DNA from: Neoconidiobolus thromboides FSU 785
Lineage: Eukaryota; Fungi; Entomophthoromycota
Assembly (NCBI GenBank): GCA_025603075.1
Contig: MU626313.1
Location: forward strand, 1 to 64,000
Length of the DNA stretch: 64,000 nucleotides
Direction of reading: 5' to 3'
Position numbers and translations under genes: made by a program. This document shows, one piece after another, positions 25,646-37,859 of this stretch (its first letter is position 1; each line of letters begins with the position of its first letter). The notes beneath the pieces are model-generated. The model was given only the letters and a program-made list of their open reading frames with translations, did no database searches and was not told the DNA's origin.

Positions 25646-27810
25646 ATGCAAACCTTCATAACTAAACTTCGAAATGGGATTTTTGAAAATTTTAATATAA
25701 TAGGGAGGAGTACACAATACAAACATTGTAATTCATTTACATCAATTTTAGGAGCTACTTATAATAACCCAGGGTTTATGGAATTTTATAATAAAACAGA
25801 ACAAAGAAAAGATATATCATCAAAGTTTACTATCGATAATAATAAACTTAATCAAGCAATGTATAAAATTAGCGTTTTAAGGGAAACAGGAAATAAAAAT
25901 TAACAAGCAGTGTTATTATCAGCTATAGCTTCAGTATATTCTTTTGATGAATGTAAAACTTTTGGGTTCAATATAAGTAGAAATTAATATGATTATTCAA
26001 AGATAAGTAATAATAAAACCTCAACATTACAACCCATTATTAAAAATACAAAAAAATTAGAGATGACTGAATTGAAACTATTACACAATATTTACTAAAT
26101 AATTCAAATATTTCATCAAGATCTAATAAAAAAAATAACGATAGTAAATATTCATCAGATAGTGTATAAATAAAAATAGAAGAATGATATGCAGTAAATA
26201 TTTTAATAATTTAAAAGATAAAGCAGTAACTAGGCCAACATTTTTTAAATATGTACCAAATAATTTCAAAAATGCAGTAAGAAAAGCAGATTTATGTAAT
26301 ACGTGTGCTCAGTGTACAGTTCGGAAAAAGTTGTTTGAAAACAAAGTAAATACAGCAATAAAAAATAAAGCAGAGATAGAAGAAATTTCCAATAAAGAGG
26401 GAAAATTATACAAACTACATAAGTTCTGTGTTGATACTCAAAAAAACACATTTAATGAAACTATTAAAAAATCGAACAATAAAAGTTGTATAATAATTTT
26501 AGATTTTAAACAAAATATGGAAATAGGAACAAGACCAGATTCAATAAATTTAGATCATTATAATAAACAAGCTATATCAGTATTAGTTTTTGGTGTATTA
26601 TATTTAAAAGATGATAAAACAATAGGCAAAGTTTACTTTGATTATTTATCTAAAATATTGAATCATGATTCAGCATATGTAGGAGATTGTTTAATCGATT
26701 TGTTCTCCACAGAGCTTTTATTTAAAAGGTTTGCAAAAATTAATATATGGGCAGATAAACGAAATCATTTTAGATCCCAAGAGTTTTTACACTATATGTT
26801 TAAAGAAATTCATAAAATAAATAGTAGTTTAAATATCGATCTTGATTTTTTGCTGAGCATTACGGAAAAAGTATAGTTGATGGACATTTTTGAAATCTTT
26901 CAAAATGGAAAAGTAGTTTTGAAGTATTAGGTAAAATAGAAGATATTAGTCAATTAATTTTGAGATTTGAGACTTTCATTTGCGAACATAATAAAATTAA
27001 TAACTCGACTGTTAGTAATGGAAAAATAGATATAATTTTTAAAAAGTATTAAAGAAACAAAAATACAAAAAAGATAGTAGAGATGCAAGGTATTAAGAAG
27101 TATTTATGCTTTATTAGATACAACAATAAACTACATTGTGTGAAATATCGCTTTGTCAGTCCCATGGTTAATTATAGCATAATAATCGCCTAAGCTGTTG
27201 TGTTCTCGAGTTTGGAGAAAATCAATCTCACGTTTTTAGTTCGATTTGCTATGAGAATTTCTATCTTCCTCTCAAAGAATATTATCTTCTGGTTTTGATA
27301 TTTGTACTTGTCAAAGTATAAAAGAGATTCTAAAATATGGTAGCTCGAGACTTTTTAACTGAACTATTCCCTGATATCTCCTACATTTAACAAAGCCACT
27401 AAGTTTTCTTAATAGTATTTTATGTAGATTTTACATTAGTGTTGTCTATTCTATTTGTTTCACATAGTATGTAGCCTATTACGTGCTATTCTTTATAACC
27501 TAAGTCTATCTTAGTCACATAAACTAAGACCTTTCGACTTATAGTGTAGTCAAACAAGCAATAGTTGTTTTTAACTCCAAACACTGAGTACCAGATTTCA
27601 CAATTATTATCCAGTATCTGATACATCAAAAAAGAGTGATATAGTTCCAATTAAAGTTATAGAGTCTATAGAAAATATGAAAATTAAAAGATCAATCCCA
27701 GCTTACCTTACCAAAATAACAGATAATTTCAAAATTTCGATATTTACTAAGCAAGTAAGTAGTTTGTTAATTGATAGAAATAGACTATTAAATGTTAGGA
27801 TTACTTAAGT
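25646..27810 (+). pseudogene. Sola-like transposase (stops, frameshifts, LTR-like insertion)
   Basis: KADLCNTC; IILDFKQN (D1); LNHDSAYV; INIWAD (D2); after a -1 shift in a T-run near 26846-26851, AEHYGKSIVDGHF* (D3; TGA at 26891). Removing the 27139-27602 insert and one TSD restores KLHC-YPVSDTSKK...RIT*. Confidence 0.75.
27139..27602. mobile_element. Solo-LTR-like element, copy 2 (464 bp)
   Basis: TGTGAAAT...ATTTCACA ends; flanks ATTG/ATTA; the empty site atattgttatccag is seen in Sola copies A and C. Confidence 0.78.
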
Positions 27811-28679
27811 TATTAATAGCTAAGTTAATAGATAGCCAAAGAACAAGTAATTGTAATAATATGTAAAATCTATTATTATATTACTTGTACTATGTAGGGA
27901 TGGTTAATTATAGATTTGGGGCTAACCACTCCCTCCCATGCAGCTATTTATTAACTTAGCAATATATTAATAATGTAATTATAACATTAAAATAGTTTAT
28001 TTATTTGATAGCAAATCTGTAGTGTTGGTTATAAAGCAGTCAATAATAAATATTTCTCAATAAAGTTTTATAAAAATACGTATTTAAGATCTAGTAGAAA
28101 TCCAGCTAACTTACAGTATAAACTATAATAGAATCATTTAGAACTGTGTTCGGATACTTTTGTTTTAATAAAAAATTTGATTTTATAGAATTTTAAGCGA
28201 AGTTTTTGAATACAAAATATTTAAAAATTGGATAAATAATGAAACAATTCAGACAACCCCGTACGTTGTTTCAATTTTATTAAGTTTTAGTATATACTTT
28301 TTATAATTCTATTTCATTCATATTACTTGGCGCTTAATTTTATTGTTTTATTGAATCAATCTTGTGTTTTAATGATAAGCTAAATTTAGATGCTTCTATT
28401 ATTTCTTTAAAATTTGCTAATGACTTTGTAACTAAATTTAAATACTTTGATATATTTTTTATAAAGTTATTGGATAGGCTTTTGAGATTCTTTGTTTATT
28501 CTTTATGGTTTTATTTTGTATTTCCAGTTTAGAAGATGGAGTTTACGTTAAATCTCACTTTACATTATTACCTTCAATTTATTATTTTTACCTGGCTTAT
28601 TTTTATTTTATTTTATTTATTTCTATAAACTACTCGAGAGCTTTGAAGTGTTCTGAAGGTCAATAAAATTAACTATTTT

Positions 28680-28773
28680 GGTTTTCATGAAGACAAAAAA
28701 ACAACCCCCCATGTATTTAAAATATTTCGATTTTAATTCAAAGCAAAATTATTAAACACAAAAATACATCCCC
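28680..28773. mobile_element. MITE terminal fragments
   Basis: gaagacaaaaaaacaacccccc and aaacacaaaaatacatcccc-ATAT ends; the interior does not match. Confidence 0.45.
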
Positions 28774-29154
28774 ATATTCTTATACTCATTTAATTAATAT
28801 ATAATTTTGAAAATATAATGTTCTTTTAAAGTACTCGTTTGGCATAACTACTTCTATTAATATTATCGAGTTATACTTTTTATCTGTATCTACATGATAT
28901 TGGTTTTAATGGGGTTGCTTTTGGTCTGTATTTTTTAAAGCAAAAAATAAAATAAAATAAAAAAGACTTTAAAAACAATATTTTTTATTATGATTTACAA
29001 CTATTTAGTGAGAAGCCATGAAAAGCTTATAAATTCTCAATTATTTTAGTCTTTAAGTTTTTTATTAATATGCTCCTTATTATTAGATGGGTTGTCACTC
29101 TCGTTAATTACTTCAGAATTCAAAGGCCTTTTTATGACCTTATTTTTAATACTA

Positions 29155-29753
29155 TCAACCTTTAACACTGGAAGAAATATATTTATACCCCTTGAATTCG
29201 AAAACAATTGTGCGCCTCTTTAGCTGTTTTCTAGCATACAATAATAGTTCATTAAAGGTTTCTTCACTTAATTTATTTAATCTTGCCATACTGAGAATTA
29301 CTGGTTCAAAATAAACTAATTCTCTGCTAGTTCTATGTAATCTATAAAGGTGGTAAGAAGTTCTGGTATATTTTACTTGTGTACTCGCATCTACGATGGA
29401 AGAAAATTTATAATACATTTTTTTATGTATTACATAATGAGAAGACCTCGGGTTAGAAGCTGCTTGTTCATTATATATTTTAGCAGTAATTTGTCTCAAT
29501 TCAATCATTTCAACTCTCAATTTGAGGCTCGTAGCTAAGTCAAAAGGATTCAAACCTTGAATGAAGTTTAACAACTCTTCACTAATAACTTTTTGATAAC
29601 ATTCATTATCATATTTTGAGTACACTTTGGCAGTTTCTTTAACTCTTACTTTCCTTTTATCGTTACTAATTTTGAAAATTCCTTTGGACCAGATAAAAGT
29701 TTAACAGCTCTAGATATAGAGCTTGAAGCTTTTCTTACAAATATAATGTACGA
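29155..29753 (-). CDS. Orphan open frame (~199 codons, no clear 5' ATG)
   Basis: The frame stays open from 29753 to the stop at 29155; no recognisable domain; a MITE sits about 50 bp upstream. Confidence 0.3.
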
Positions 29754-29805
29754 TTATTTGAATTTATATTCACTTTTATTAAAGTTAATTAGTTTAACAG
29801 TATTT

Positions 29806-29902
29806 GAGGATGTATTTTTGTGTTTAAGAATTTTACTAACAACTTTTCCACTCAAATAGTGCTTAAAAAACGGAAAAATAATGAAATCAAAAAAACAGCC
29901 CC
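29806..29902 (+). mobile_element. ~98-bp MITE
   Basis: TSD ATTT/ATTT. Confidence 0.9.
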
Positions 29903-30855
29903 ATTTGTTGTCCTTCCTCGATTTTTAGCCTTACTTTCATTTGGATTAATAGTTAATTTATTGACATTTGAAGTGCCATTTACAATTCATTTCACTTTAC
30001 TATTTGTGTAAACATTCAATTTGTTGGCATCAACAGCACTATCTTCAATTTTAGTTTTCTTACAATCAGTTCTAATATCTAGCTTAATGGCACCATGAAT
30101 ATTGTTTTTATTTATTTTTGTCATTATATGTTGAAGCGTTTAGTTTATCAATATGATTAGGAATACCTTCATTTTTAATTTTTTCACCACTTGTATTAAC
30201 ATTTGGTTTATTCATATTATCAGTTTAAATTACATTTGTATTTGTATTTTTGATATAAACCACTCTATCAACTGATTCACTAACATTGATAATATTATTC
30301 ATAGCTTCGTTCTCTTTCATAGTCGTATTAACTATGATTTTATCAATATTGACAGTACTATTTATACTTTTATTTCCTTTTTTATTTTCGTTGTCATTGT
30401 CATTTGGTCTGTTAGTATTTAAATTGATATTGATAACCATCTATTTTCTTTACTTATCTTGACAATTAGCTCCTTAATACTAATAGCGTTGATTATACTA
30501 CAGTTGCTATTTTTTTTACTTTGATTTGCCTTAAAATTAAATCCTTCACTTTCCTTGTTTTTGCGAACGCTTTCAGAATAGCCTTGATTGTTTTCTTGCT
30601 CCAATTCAATATTATTTTTAACAAATTTATTATCTTTTCAGTTTTATTTGCCTTCAATTGATATGAAAATTAGGTAAAGTTGTTGCTATTATTACCCCTG
30701 TCATATAGTTTGCCTATATTTTCATTTGAAAATGTACCATGTGTATTATTTACCATTTCATCATTTTATCATTTACAGATAGTTTATTTTTTATAGGTGT
30801 ATATTAGAAATGATACAACTACTAAGATTACTATTACTTTGTTCCTTACACATAC

Positions 30856-31185
30856 TTAATAATATGCGTTGTATTTTATAATAAGTTCGCAAAGATTAAT
30901 GTGTGTTTTTAATACCTGAAATTTAGTAACGCCATCATTGTTTAAACTATTTACTTTAATATATAGTGATCCGCGGGATATCTCACAGTTTTTGTTTTTA
31001 TATGTATTATAAATCATTTTTGGAGTTTCCTCCTGCTCATAATATTCCTCAATAACAGTAATTGCTTCTTTTAATATTTCCTTTGGTGTTTCACATGGTT
31101 TTATTTTAGAAAGAATTCTTAATTTGATTCCCTTGGTGCCATTTGTATCTTTTACTAGATTGTTTGAATTGTTAATTTCTTCCAT
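30856..31185 (-). pseudogene. Fragment of a dispersed decayed ORF family
   Basis: LRILSKIKPCETPKEILKEAITVIEEYY resembles translations at about 33440-33660 and about 23280-23460. Confidence 0.4.
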
Positions 31186-31964
31186 ACTCGATATACTATT
31201 TCAGTGAGCTACTGAACTTCCAAATTATACTGATATTCTTTGTTATGACTATATCTTGTTTGGAAAAAATAACTGTTATTGTAGAGTTTGGTGGCTTACA
31301 AAGGAGGTTGATTCACAGGGTGAAATTAATCAATTGAATTTTAATTGTAAATTAGGAACTTGTTTATCTTCGGAATTATTAGCTTACTTCCAAAATTCAT
31401 GGCTCATTCTTTAGCTTAAAATTGGCATGACTTTTATTATTTTTAGCTTGAAAAGCTTTGGTCATTATTAAAAGCAAATTTAAAGAATAATTTGTATTGA
31501 CAAAGCACTTATTGAAACATTCTTAAACATTATGTGATTTTTTGTGTATTATATATGTCATTTACTGTTATTTTTCTCCAAAGCTTGTAGCTGCAGCTAT
31601 TTAAATAACTTTTATAGTCACCTACAAATTGTAGCATAAAAAACTGTTAGAAATAATGAATTAAATTAAATTGATAAATTGTTTCGAATAATTTTTTTGC
31701 TAAAAATTTTAATTGTTTAATAATACAGAATTTAAAAGCCTTTGTTTGGTTTAGTGTTTTGGCTTTTTACTAACAGAATCTTTATTAAGTGATGGATTTG
31801 TGTTACAGCTTCAACCAATTTGGCACTCATAGTTATATAAATTGTAATGTTGTTAGCGTTATTAGTCTTCACTAATAGAAATGAAAAAACTAATTCTTTT
31901 GCATCTGTAAAGAGTTTTAAACCTGGAAATCTATTTTGTTCTGCAATATTTGTTTTCAACATAA

Positions 31965-32062
31965 AGGGATGTATTTTTGTGTTTAAGGATTTTGCTAGTA
32001 ATTTTTCCTCTCAAACAATGTTTAAAAGATGGAAAAAGTAATGAAGCCAAAAAAACACCCTC
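31965..32062 (+). mobile_element. ~98-bp MITE
   Basis: TSD ATAA/ATAA. Confidence 0.85.
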
Positions 32063-32473
32063 ATAAGTCAATCTCATTATATTGTAAGATTGTCTATTCC
32101 TCTCAATAAATACATTTGATTATATTGCTTCTAAAAAAGATTAATATCCATAATTTTATATAATCAGTAAACAAAGCGAATATCAAAAATAGTCTGATTC
32201 TTCATTTACTTTTATATTACAATAAATATAATCGAAAATTTTCAGACGTTGAGTGGGAACTAAGTAAAGGACTTAAAGTGATATGTTTAAGTAAATATTT
32301 TCTAGAAGTGGTTGTTGAATAATTATAGATTTTGTAAAAATTCAGGTTCTTTAAATTGGGTGATTGGCTTTGAGTTAAAATCTAAAATGATAAAATTGTG
32401 GCAAATTTCACATAGTAATTTTCGTCATTCACAAATTATTTATATCCATGGCTGACCATTTTTTATTTTTCGG

Positions 32474-33700
32474 TCAGAATAAATTTCTTCTCATGGTATA
32501 TAAGAGCATTTGGATTTTTAATACTATTGTATCTAAAGCTGAGAAATTAATATCATCCTTTTCAAACTCATTCTGTATCTCACTTTTATTAATAATTGAT
32601 TTATTAACATTAAGAGTACTATTTTCACTGGAAATTGATTTTTTAGTATTATCTGATTTATTTATGCTTTCATTTTGTCTTTTATTTACATATCTAACTG
32701 GTTTCCAAAGACCTGTAACTTTAGGATTATTCTCTCTCTTTTGATCATTGACATTAATAGTTAGTTTACCAAGATTAAATAGATTGTTTATATTCATATT
32801 CAGATTATCATCTTCTATACTAATGGCCAGTTTATCGAAGTTGGTGACCTTAATTCTATTTTCATTTTTGTTCATATTGCTCTCAATAATTGATTTACTA
32901 TTATTGACAATACTATTCGTATTTTCAATCTTTGCTTTATTGATATAAGTGATTAGACTATTAAGATTAATTTCAACATTGATATTATCACGTCCCTCTG
33001 TACCTACATACACAACAAACCTCTTAATGTTTATAGTAATACTATTTTGTAATTTTCAATTTTTTTCTTTTCGTATGCTGAGAAACATGAGCCATCTTTT
33101 TACTTTTATATACATCACAAGTAGTTACACAGTTTTTGCTACTTCGTTGATTTGATCTAATTTCACCTTTGTTATTTTTTGTTCTTCTGTTTCTTTTTGG
33201 TTTAAATTGAGATAGTACTGTAGCCTTAGTAAACGGAAGTGAAGATTTAGTGGCACAAAAATCAATATTAATTACATTATTGTTGTTCTAGTTTGTATTT
33301 CTACCCAATAGTATGGTTTATATATGTTTTGCCACTTTCCCATTTTCCAATTATTGATTTCTTATAGCTGGAGGATTAGGAGCATCGATACGATATAAGT
33401 TCATAGCATCATTATTCCTTACGACATGTGATGTTTTGGAAAGCGTCTCTTTGACATCATTTTCAAATATACTAAAAGTTCCTTCTATAGTCTATCCTTG
33501 CTTATAACACCCTTTCATAGCGCTAATTACTTCCTCTAGTATATCCTTTGGTGAGTTACATTCATGTATTTTCCTGATGATCTTATATTTTATCTCTTTT
33601 AAATCCTTTAGATTATTTCTCAAATCTGTTTTGGTATATAAGTTTTATTGTAGTATTTAAATTGTTTTAACTTGTATTTCTTTATATAGTTTCTTATAGT
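32474..33700 (-). pseudogene. Decayed N/K-rich ORF of the same family
   Basis: NLKDLKEIKYKIIRKIHECNSPKDILEEVI near 33500-33630, followed by stop- and frameshift-broken N-rich frames including ORF 32474-33013. Confidence 0.35.
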
Positions 33701-35150
33701 TACAACAAATCCTTTACATTTATTAACTGATCTTGTAATTTTAATCAATTAGTTGATTGGATATATCATATCAGTTATAAACTTATACATCTATTCTCTT
33801 TAATATCAATATATTAAGTTTTATTTTTGTGATCTAAATAACTGTGATATGGTCTATTCAAAGAAAAAGCTTATATATCAGAATGTGCTATTTTAGCTTT
33901 TTACTTTCTTAGTATTCTCTTACTACTCTGCTTTTACATCCTCTTCTCTCTTTGTATAAATGGATTACATTAGAGCTGATTGGATCTTTTGTAATTTAAG
34001 AAAATCAAAACTACACAAAATCATAGGTATATATAAAATTAACTTTATTATGAAATTAAAACAATAGACCAACATACTAGAGTAGTTAATATATTGGTAT
34101 ATTAATGCAACATCAAAAGCACTGGTGTAACTTTTTAAAAAGATTACATCTTTTTTGTAAAGCTTGAAAATTAATATTGCTCAACTTAAAGGATACAAAG
34201 TTCATATTAAAGCTATAAGATAATTTAATCACAATCAAATACTTATAAATATTATAAGAAATTCTTTGGTAAAAAAAACAGGACTTCTATAGATGAGATA
34301 GGAATATTTATTAGAATCCCACTTTCCATCCTTCAATTTTATTCAATATAATATTTACATTAGTAAGGTACCTTTAATCCATGCAGGCCTAAAGAATTTT
34401 TAAATAATCATCAGTCAAATTCTTTCAAACTATGAGAGTTCTCAATCCGTTGATAGCAATCATTCCGCTTAAACACTATTTTTATAGATCAAATTATAGC
34501 GTATAGCATGAGTATACTTTGTAATAAATCTATATCAGAGACACGTAACATTCATTCTACTAATTAATCTTCAGTAGCTTTTAGGATGTTGCATAGATTA
34601 AATCAGTGATTGATTATGGTTGTTATTTGATATTATAAAAAATCAAAACTAATGAATCATTAGTTTTTTATATTTACAATTTTTTTCGAAGCTTGTTTAA
34701 CTTATTTTTTACTCTAGTGGGTTTTATTGATTATCCCTTAAATAATTACATTTAAAATATTCAAAATTTATTTTAATAGCTTAGTTCAAATAATAAAATC
34801 CGTCGTTAAAATTTTGCCTTCTGTTGATTTGTTTTTGACAATCAAAAGATCATATAGGTGGTTATTAGCCTCATTTGGTATTTCGCATACAAGTAAGAAT
34901 ATTAAGCAAGGGATATAAGGTGGAAAATTCAAACTGGGAATACGTTATATCATTGGTTTGATATATTCAACTCTTCTAAACTATCTAAATTTGCGTAATT
35001 AGGGATAACCTTATAACATGACCTGGATTAACTACAAAGTAAAGTGGAACTAATCTTATAGTTTAATAGAAATTATAATTTTTGACTAAAAGTATAAATA
35101 GAATCAATAAAAATAAATTGACACTTTAAATATTCGACAAAAACAATAAA

Positions 35151-37115
35151 ATGTTAGTTAGATATTTACTCCCACTATGGTTATCCCTCTTAACTTCTAT
35201 TTCCAGTGATACTCAAGATAATCAAATATTTGAAGACCTTTTGAAAAAAAGGAATGACTACCGTACAGCAGATAAAACTTATGATTATATTGTAGTAGGT
35301 GGTGGATCTGCTGGTGGTATGGCTGCAATACAGTTAGCAAAATATGGATTTAAGACTTTATTAATTGAAGCAGGTCCAGAGCCAGAGATCACATACAATA
35401 TTACTATACCAGGATTTTCACCAAGAGCTTCTGAAGATGAAAAGATATCTTATGAATATTTTGTAAAACATTATCCAGAATCCACTAATCTAAGACAAAG
35501 CGTATTCTATCCAAGAGTTGGTGCGCTTGGTGGATGCTCTATGCACCATGCTCAAATTACTGTTTATCCACAAAATAGAGATTTTGAAATATTATATCAA
35601 TTGACCGGTAATCCAGTGTTTAAAGAGGTCAACTTTAGAAATAAATACTTTAAACCTATGGAAAAAAACCAATATCAATTATTAGTTAGCAATCCAGATG
35701 ATCATGGCTATAATGGCTGGTATCCCACCTCATATATTGAATATTTAAGATTAATATCACTTGATCCTTCTTTATTAAAGATGATTGCGTTTTTAGGTGG
35801 AGATGGCTCCTTTGATATTAATGGTTATGATAGGAAGAATCGTACTCAGTTAATGAGCGAAAAAGAGGGATTGTTTTTTATTCCACATGCAGTCAATAAT
35901 ATGAACCAAACTAGAATGAACTATATTTTACAACTACAAATGGCTCGTGCTTTTAATGGCTTAACTATACTTACTGACACTTTAGCTACTAAGCTTTTAT
36001 TTGATGAGAATAAAAAAGCCACTGGTGTTGAAGTTAGACATGGTAGCTACCTTTACAAAGCATCACCATTATATAAGCAGAATAGCTTTGAGAATTCTGT
36101 TAAAAACACCTTTTTAGCAACTAAAGAAATAATTGTATCTGCTGGTACCTTTAACACCCCACAGTTATTAATGCTATCTGGAATTGGAGATTCAGATGAG
36201 CTTAAGAAGTTAAATATTGATGTAATTTCCGATTTAAAAGGAGTAGGTAAAAACTTACAAGATAGGGATGAGATCCCATATATGTTAAAATTAAACAGTG
36301 ATTTAAACTTATTTAAGGAATGTAACTTTAAAGCAGATTATAAAAATGATCGTTGCTTTAGAGATTATATTAATTTTAAAACCGGTCCTTACACTGTGGG
36401 TTCAGGTATTAGTGCAGAGACTTATAAATCCTTACCAGGATTAGGTGCTGCTGATACTTTTATTATTAATACTCCACTCTATTTTTATGGTTATTTTAAA
36501 GGATATTCTCAAGTAGCAGCTGACAATCCGCGTTATTTTACAAGATTAGTGTTAAAAGCGCGTACCCAATCTCAAGGCTATGTGAAGTTGAAATCAGCAG
36601 ATCCAACAGATACACCCGATATCAACTTATTGAAATTTAATATTGGGGGTAAAGAAGATCTTACTTCTTTAGTAAATACAATTGAATATTTGCGCAACCA
36701 AACCAAAAAGAATCTAGGGGATACTTATGAAGAAGAATTTCCAGGAAAAGAAATAAAAACTAGAGATCAAATAGCTAAATGGATTACTGAAATCACTTGG
36801 GGTCATCATGTTTGTTGTACAGCTAAAATTGGCTTAGATAATGATAAAATGGCTGTATTGGATAATAAATTTAGTGTACGTGGTGTCACTGGATTAAGAG
36901 TTATGGATATGTCAGCGTTACCTGAAATTCCTGGTTTCTTCCCTAATCTTTATATTCATATGCTAGGTACTTATATCGCTGATCAAATTTATGAAGAATC
37001 TAAAGGTAAATCTAAAGAGCTTAAACAACAACCAAGTGAAGAATTGTTAAATTCTATTAATAAGAAAATGGATAGAAACTATATTGATATATTAAACCCA
37101 GTTATTGATACTTAA
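35151..37115 (+). CDS. Secreted GMC oxidoreductase (choline dehydrogenase/alcohol oxidase-like), intronless
   Basis: Hydrophobic signal-like N-terminus; YDYIVVGGGSAG FAD motif; LGGCSMHHA; VSAGTFNTPQLLMLSGIG; GKNLQD; WGHHVCCTAKIG; VRGVTGLRVMDMS. Confidence 0.93.
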   Translation: MLVRYLLPLWLSLLTSISSDTQDNQIFEDLLKKRNDYRTADKTYDYIVVGGGSAGGMAAIQLAKYGFKTLLIEAGPEPEITYNITIPGFSPRASEDEKISYEYFVKHYPESTNLRQSVFYPRVGALGGCSMHHAQITVYPQNRDFEILYQLTGNPVFKEVNFRNKYFKPMEKNQYQLLVSNPDDHGYNGWYPTSYIEYLRLISLDPSLLKMIAFLGGDGSFDINGYDRKNRTQLMSEKEGLFFIPHAVNNMNQTRMNYILQLQMARAFNGLTILTDTLATKLLFDENKKATGVEVRHGSYLYKASPLYKQNSFENSVKNTFLATKEIIVSAGTFNTPQLLMLSGIGDSDELKKLNIDVISDLKGVGKNLQDRDEIPYMLKLNSDLNLFKECNFKADYKNDRCFRDYINFKTGPYTVGSGISAETYKSLPGLGAADTFIINTPLYFYGYFKGYSQVAADNPRYFTRLVLKARTQSQGYVKLKSADPTDTPDINLLKFNIGGKEDLTSLVNTIEYLRNQTKKNLGDTYEEEFPGKEIKTRDQIAKWITEITWGHHVCCTAKIGLDNDKMAVLDNKFSVRGVTGLRVMDMSALPEIPGFFPNLYIHMLGTYIADQIYEESKGKSKELKQQPSEELLNSINKKMDRNYIDILNPVIDT

Positions 37116-37710
37116 TATTTTAAGATTCAGTGAAAATTAATATATTCCATTATTTAAAACATTGAATAAACAAATAAATATATTATTCAATATAGTATAG
37201 TTATTCTTATTTTATAAATAAGCTATTATAAAAGATTATTAGACTCATCAAGGATGTGCAACTTTTTCTGATAAACATATATTATTATTTTACACATTTT
37301 AGATTTACTCTTAAACACTTACCTTTAAACTTACCTAAATATAGCTTCCATGCGAAAACTCACTAAAAATATCTACAAATACAACAATATATTTAGTAAA
37401 TATATTTATATTAAAGCTAAAAAAGGACCTAGACCTCCAGGTAGTTTATCGTCAAAATTCTTTTTAACTCAGTTTGTTTAACTTTTCTTTCTTGCTACAA
37501 TTGTAATATAATAAAAATATAGATTAATCTATTTTTCAATATTAACTTTAAATCCCACATTTGATGCTATTTAATTAAATGGAGAGGTGCATCTACAAAG
37601 ACAAAGGACAAGTTATTATATGATAAAAACATATTAACATTGCTATTAAAAATTAGTAAAAAAATTCAACATTGATGTTCAATAAATACCCAGATGCCAA
37701 GATAATATAT

Positions 37711-37808
37711 GGAGATATTTTTTTTGGTTTCATTACTTTTCCATTTTTTAAGCACTATTTGAATAGAAAAATTATTAGTAAAATTCTTAAACACAAAAAT
37801 ACATCCTT
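37711..37808 (-). mobile_element. ~98-bp MITE
   Basis: Flanks ATAT/ATGT. Confidence 0.85.
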
Positions 37809-37859
37809 ATGTAATTAAAAAAAATAATTAAAAAATATAGTAGTAAGAAAATCAAATAA

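Larger units (their letters stand above)
25152..28260 (+). mobile_element. Sola-like DDD DNA transposon, copy B, with both TIRs and a pseudogenised transposase
   Basis: Left end GGGATTGTCCAAATTGC (split by a MITE) matches the reverse complement of the right end, GGGGTTGTCTGAATTGT. Transposase remnants span about 25646-27810. Flanks ATAT/GTAC do not match perfectly. Confidence 0.75.

Noticed and set aside
25148-28264. A perfect TSD around Sola copy B
   Set aside because: The flanks are ATAT and GTAC (2/4 match), so a TSD cannot be claimed; the boundaries rest on TIR similarity and the shared right end in copies A and C.
5868-32041. Short ORFs 5868-6113, 7659-7874, 25068-25277, 29820-30011 and 31847-32041 sharing peptides such as MKPKKT and LSGKFVSKIL.HKNTS, which look like a small protein family
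   Set aside because: The shared peptides are translations of the ~98-bp MITE; frames and boundaries are inconsistent between copies.
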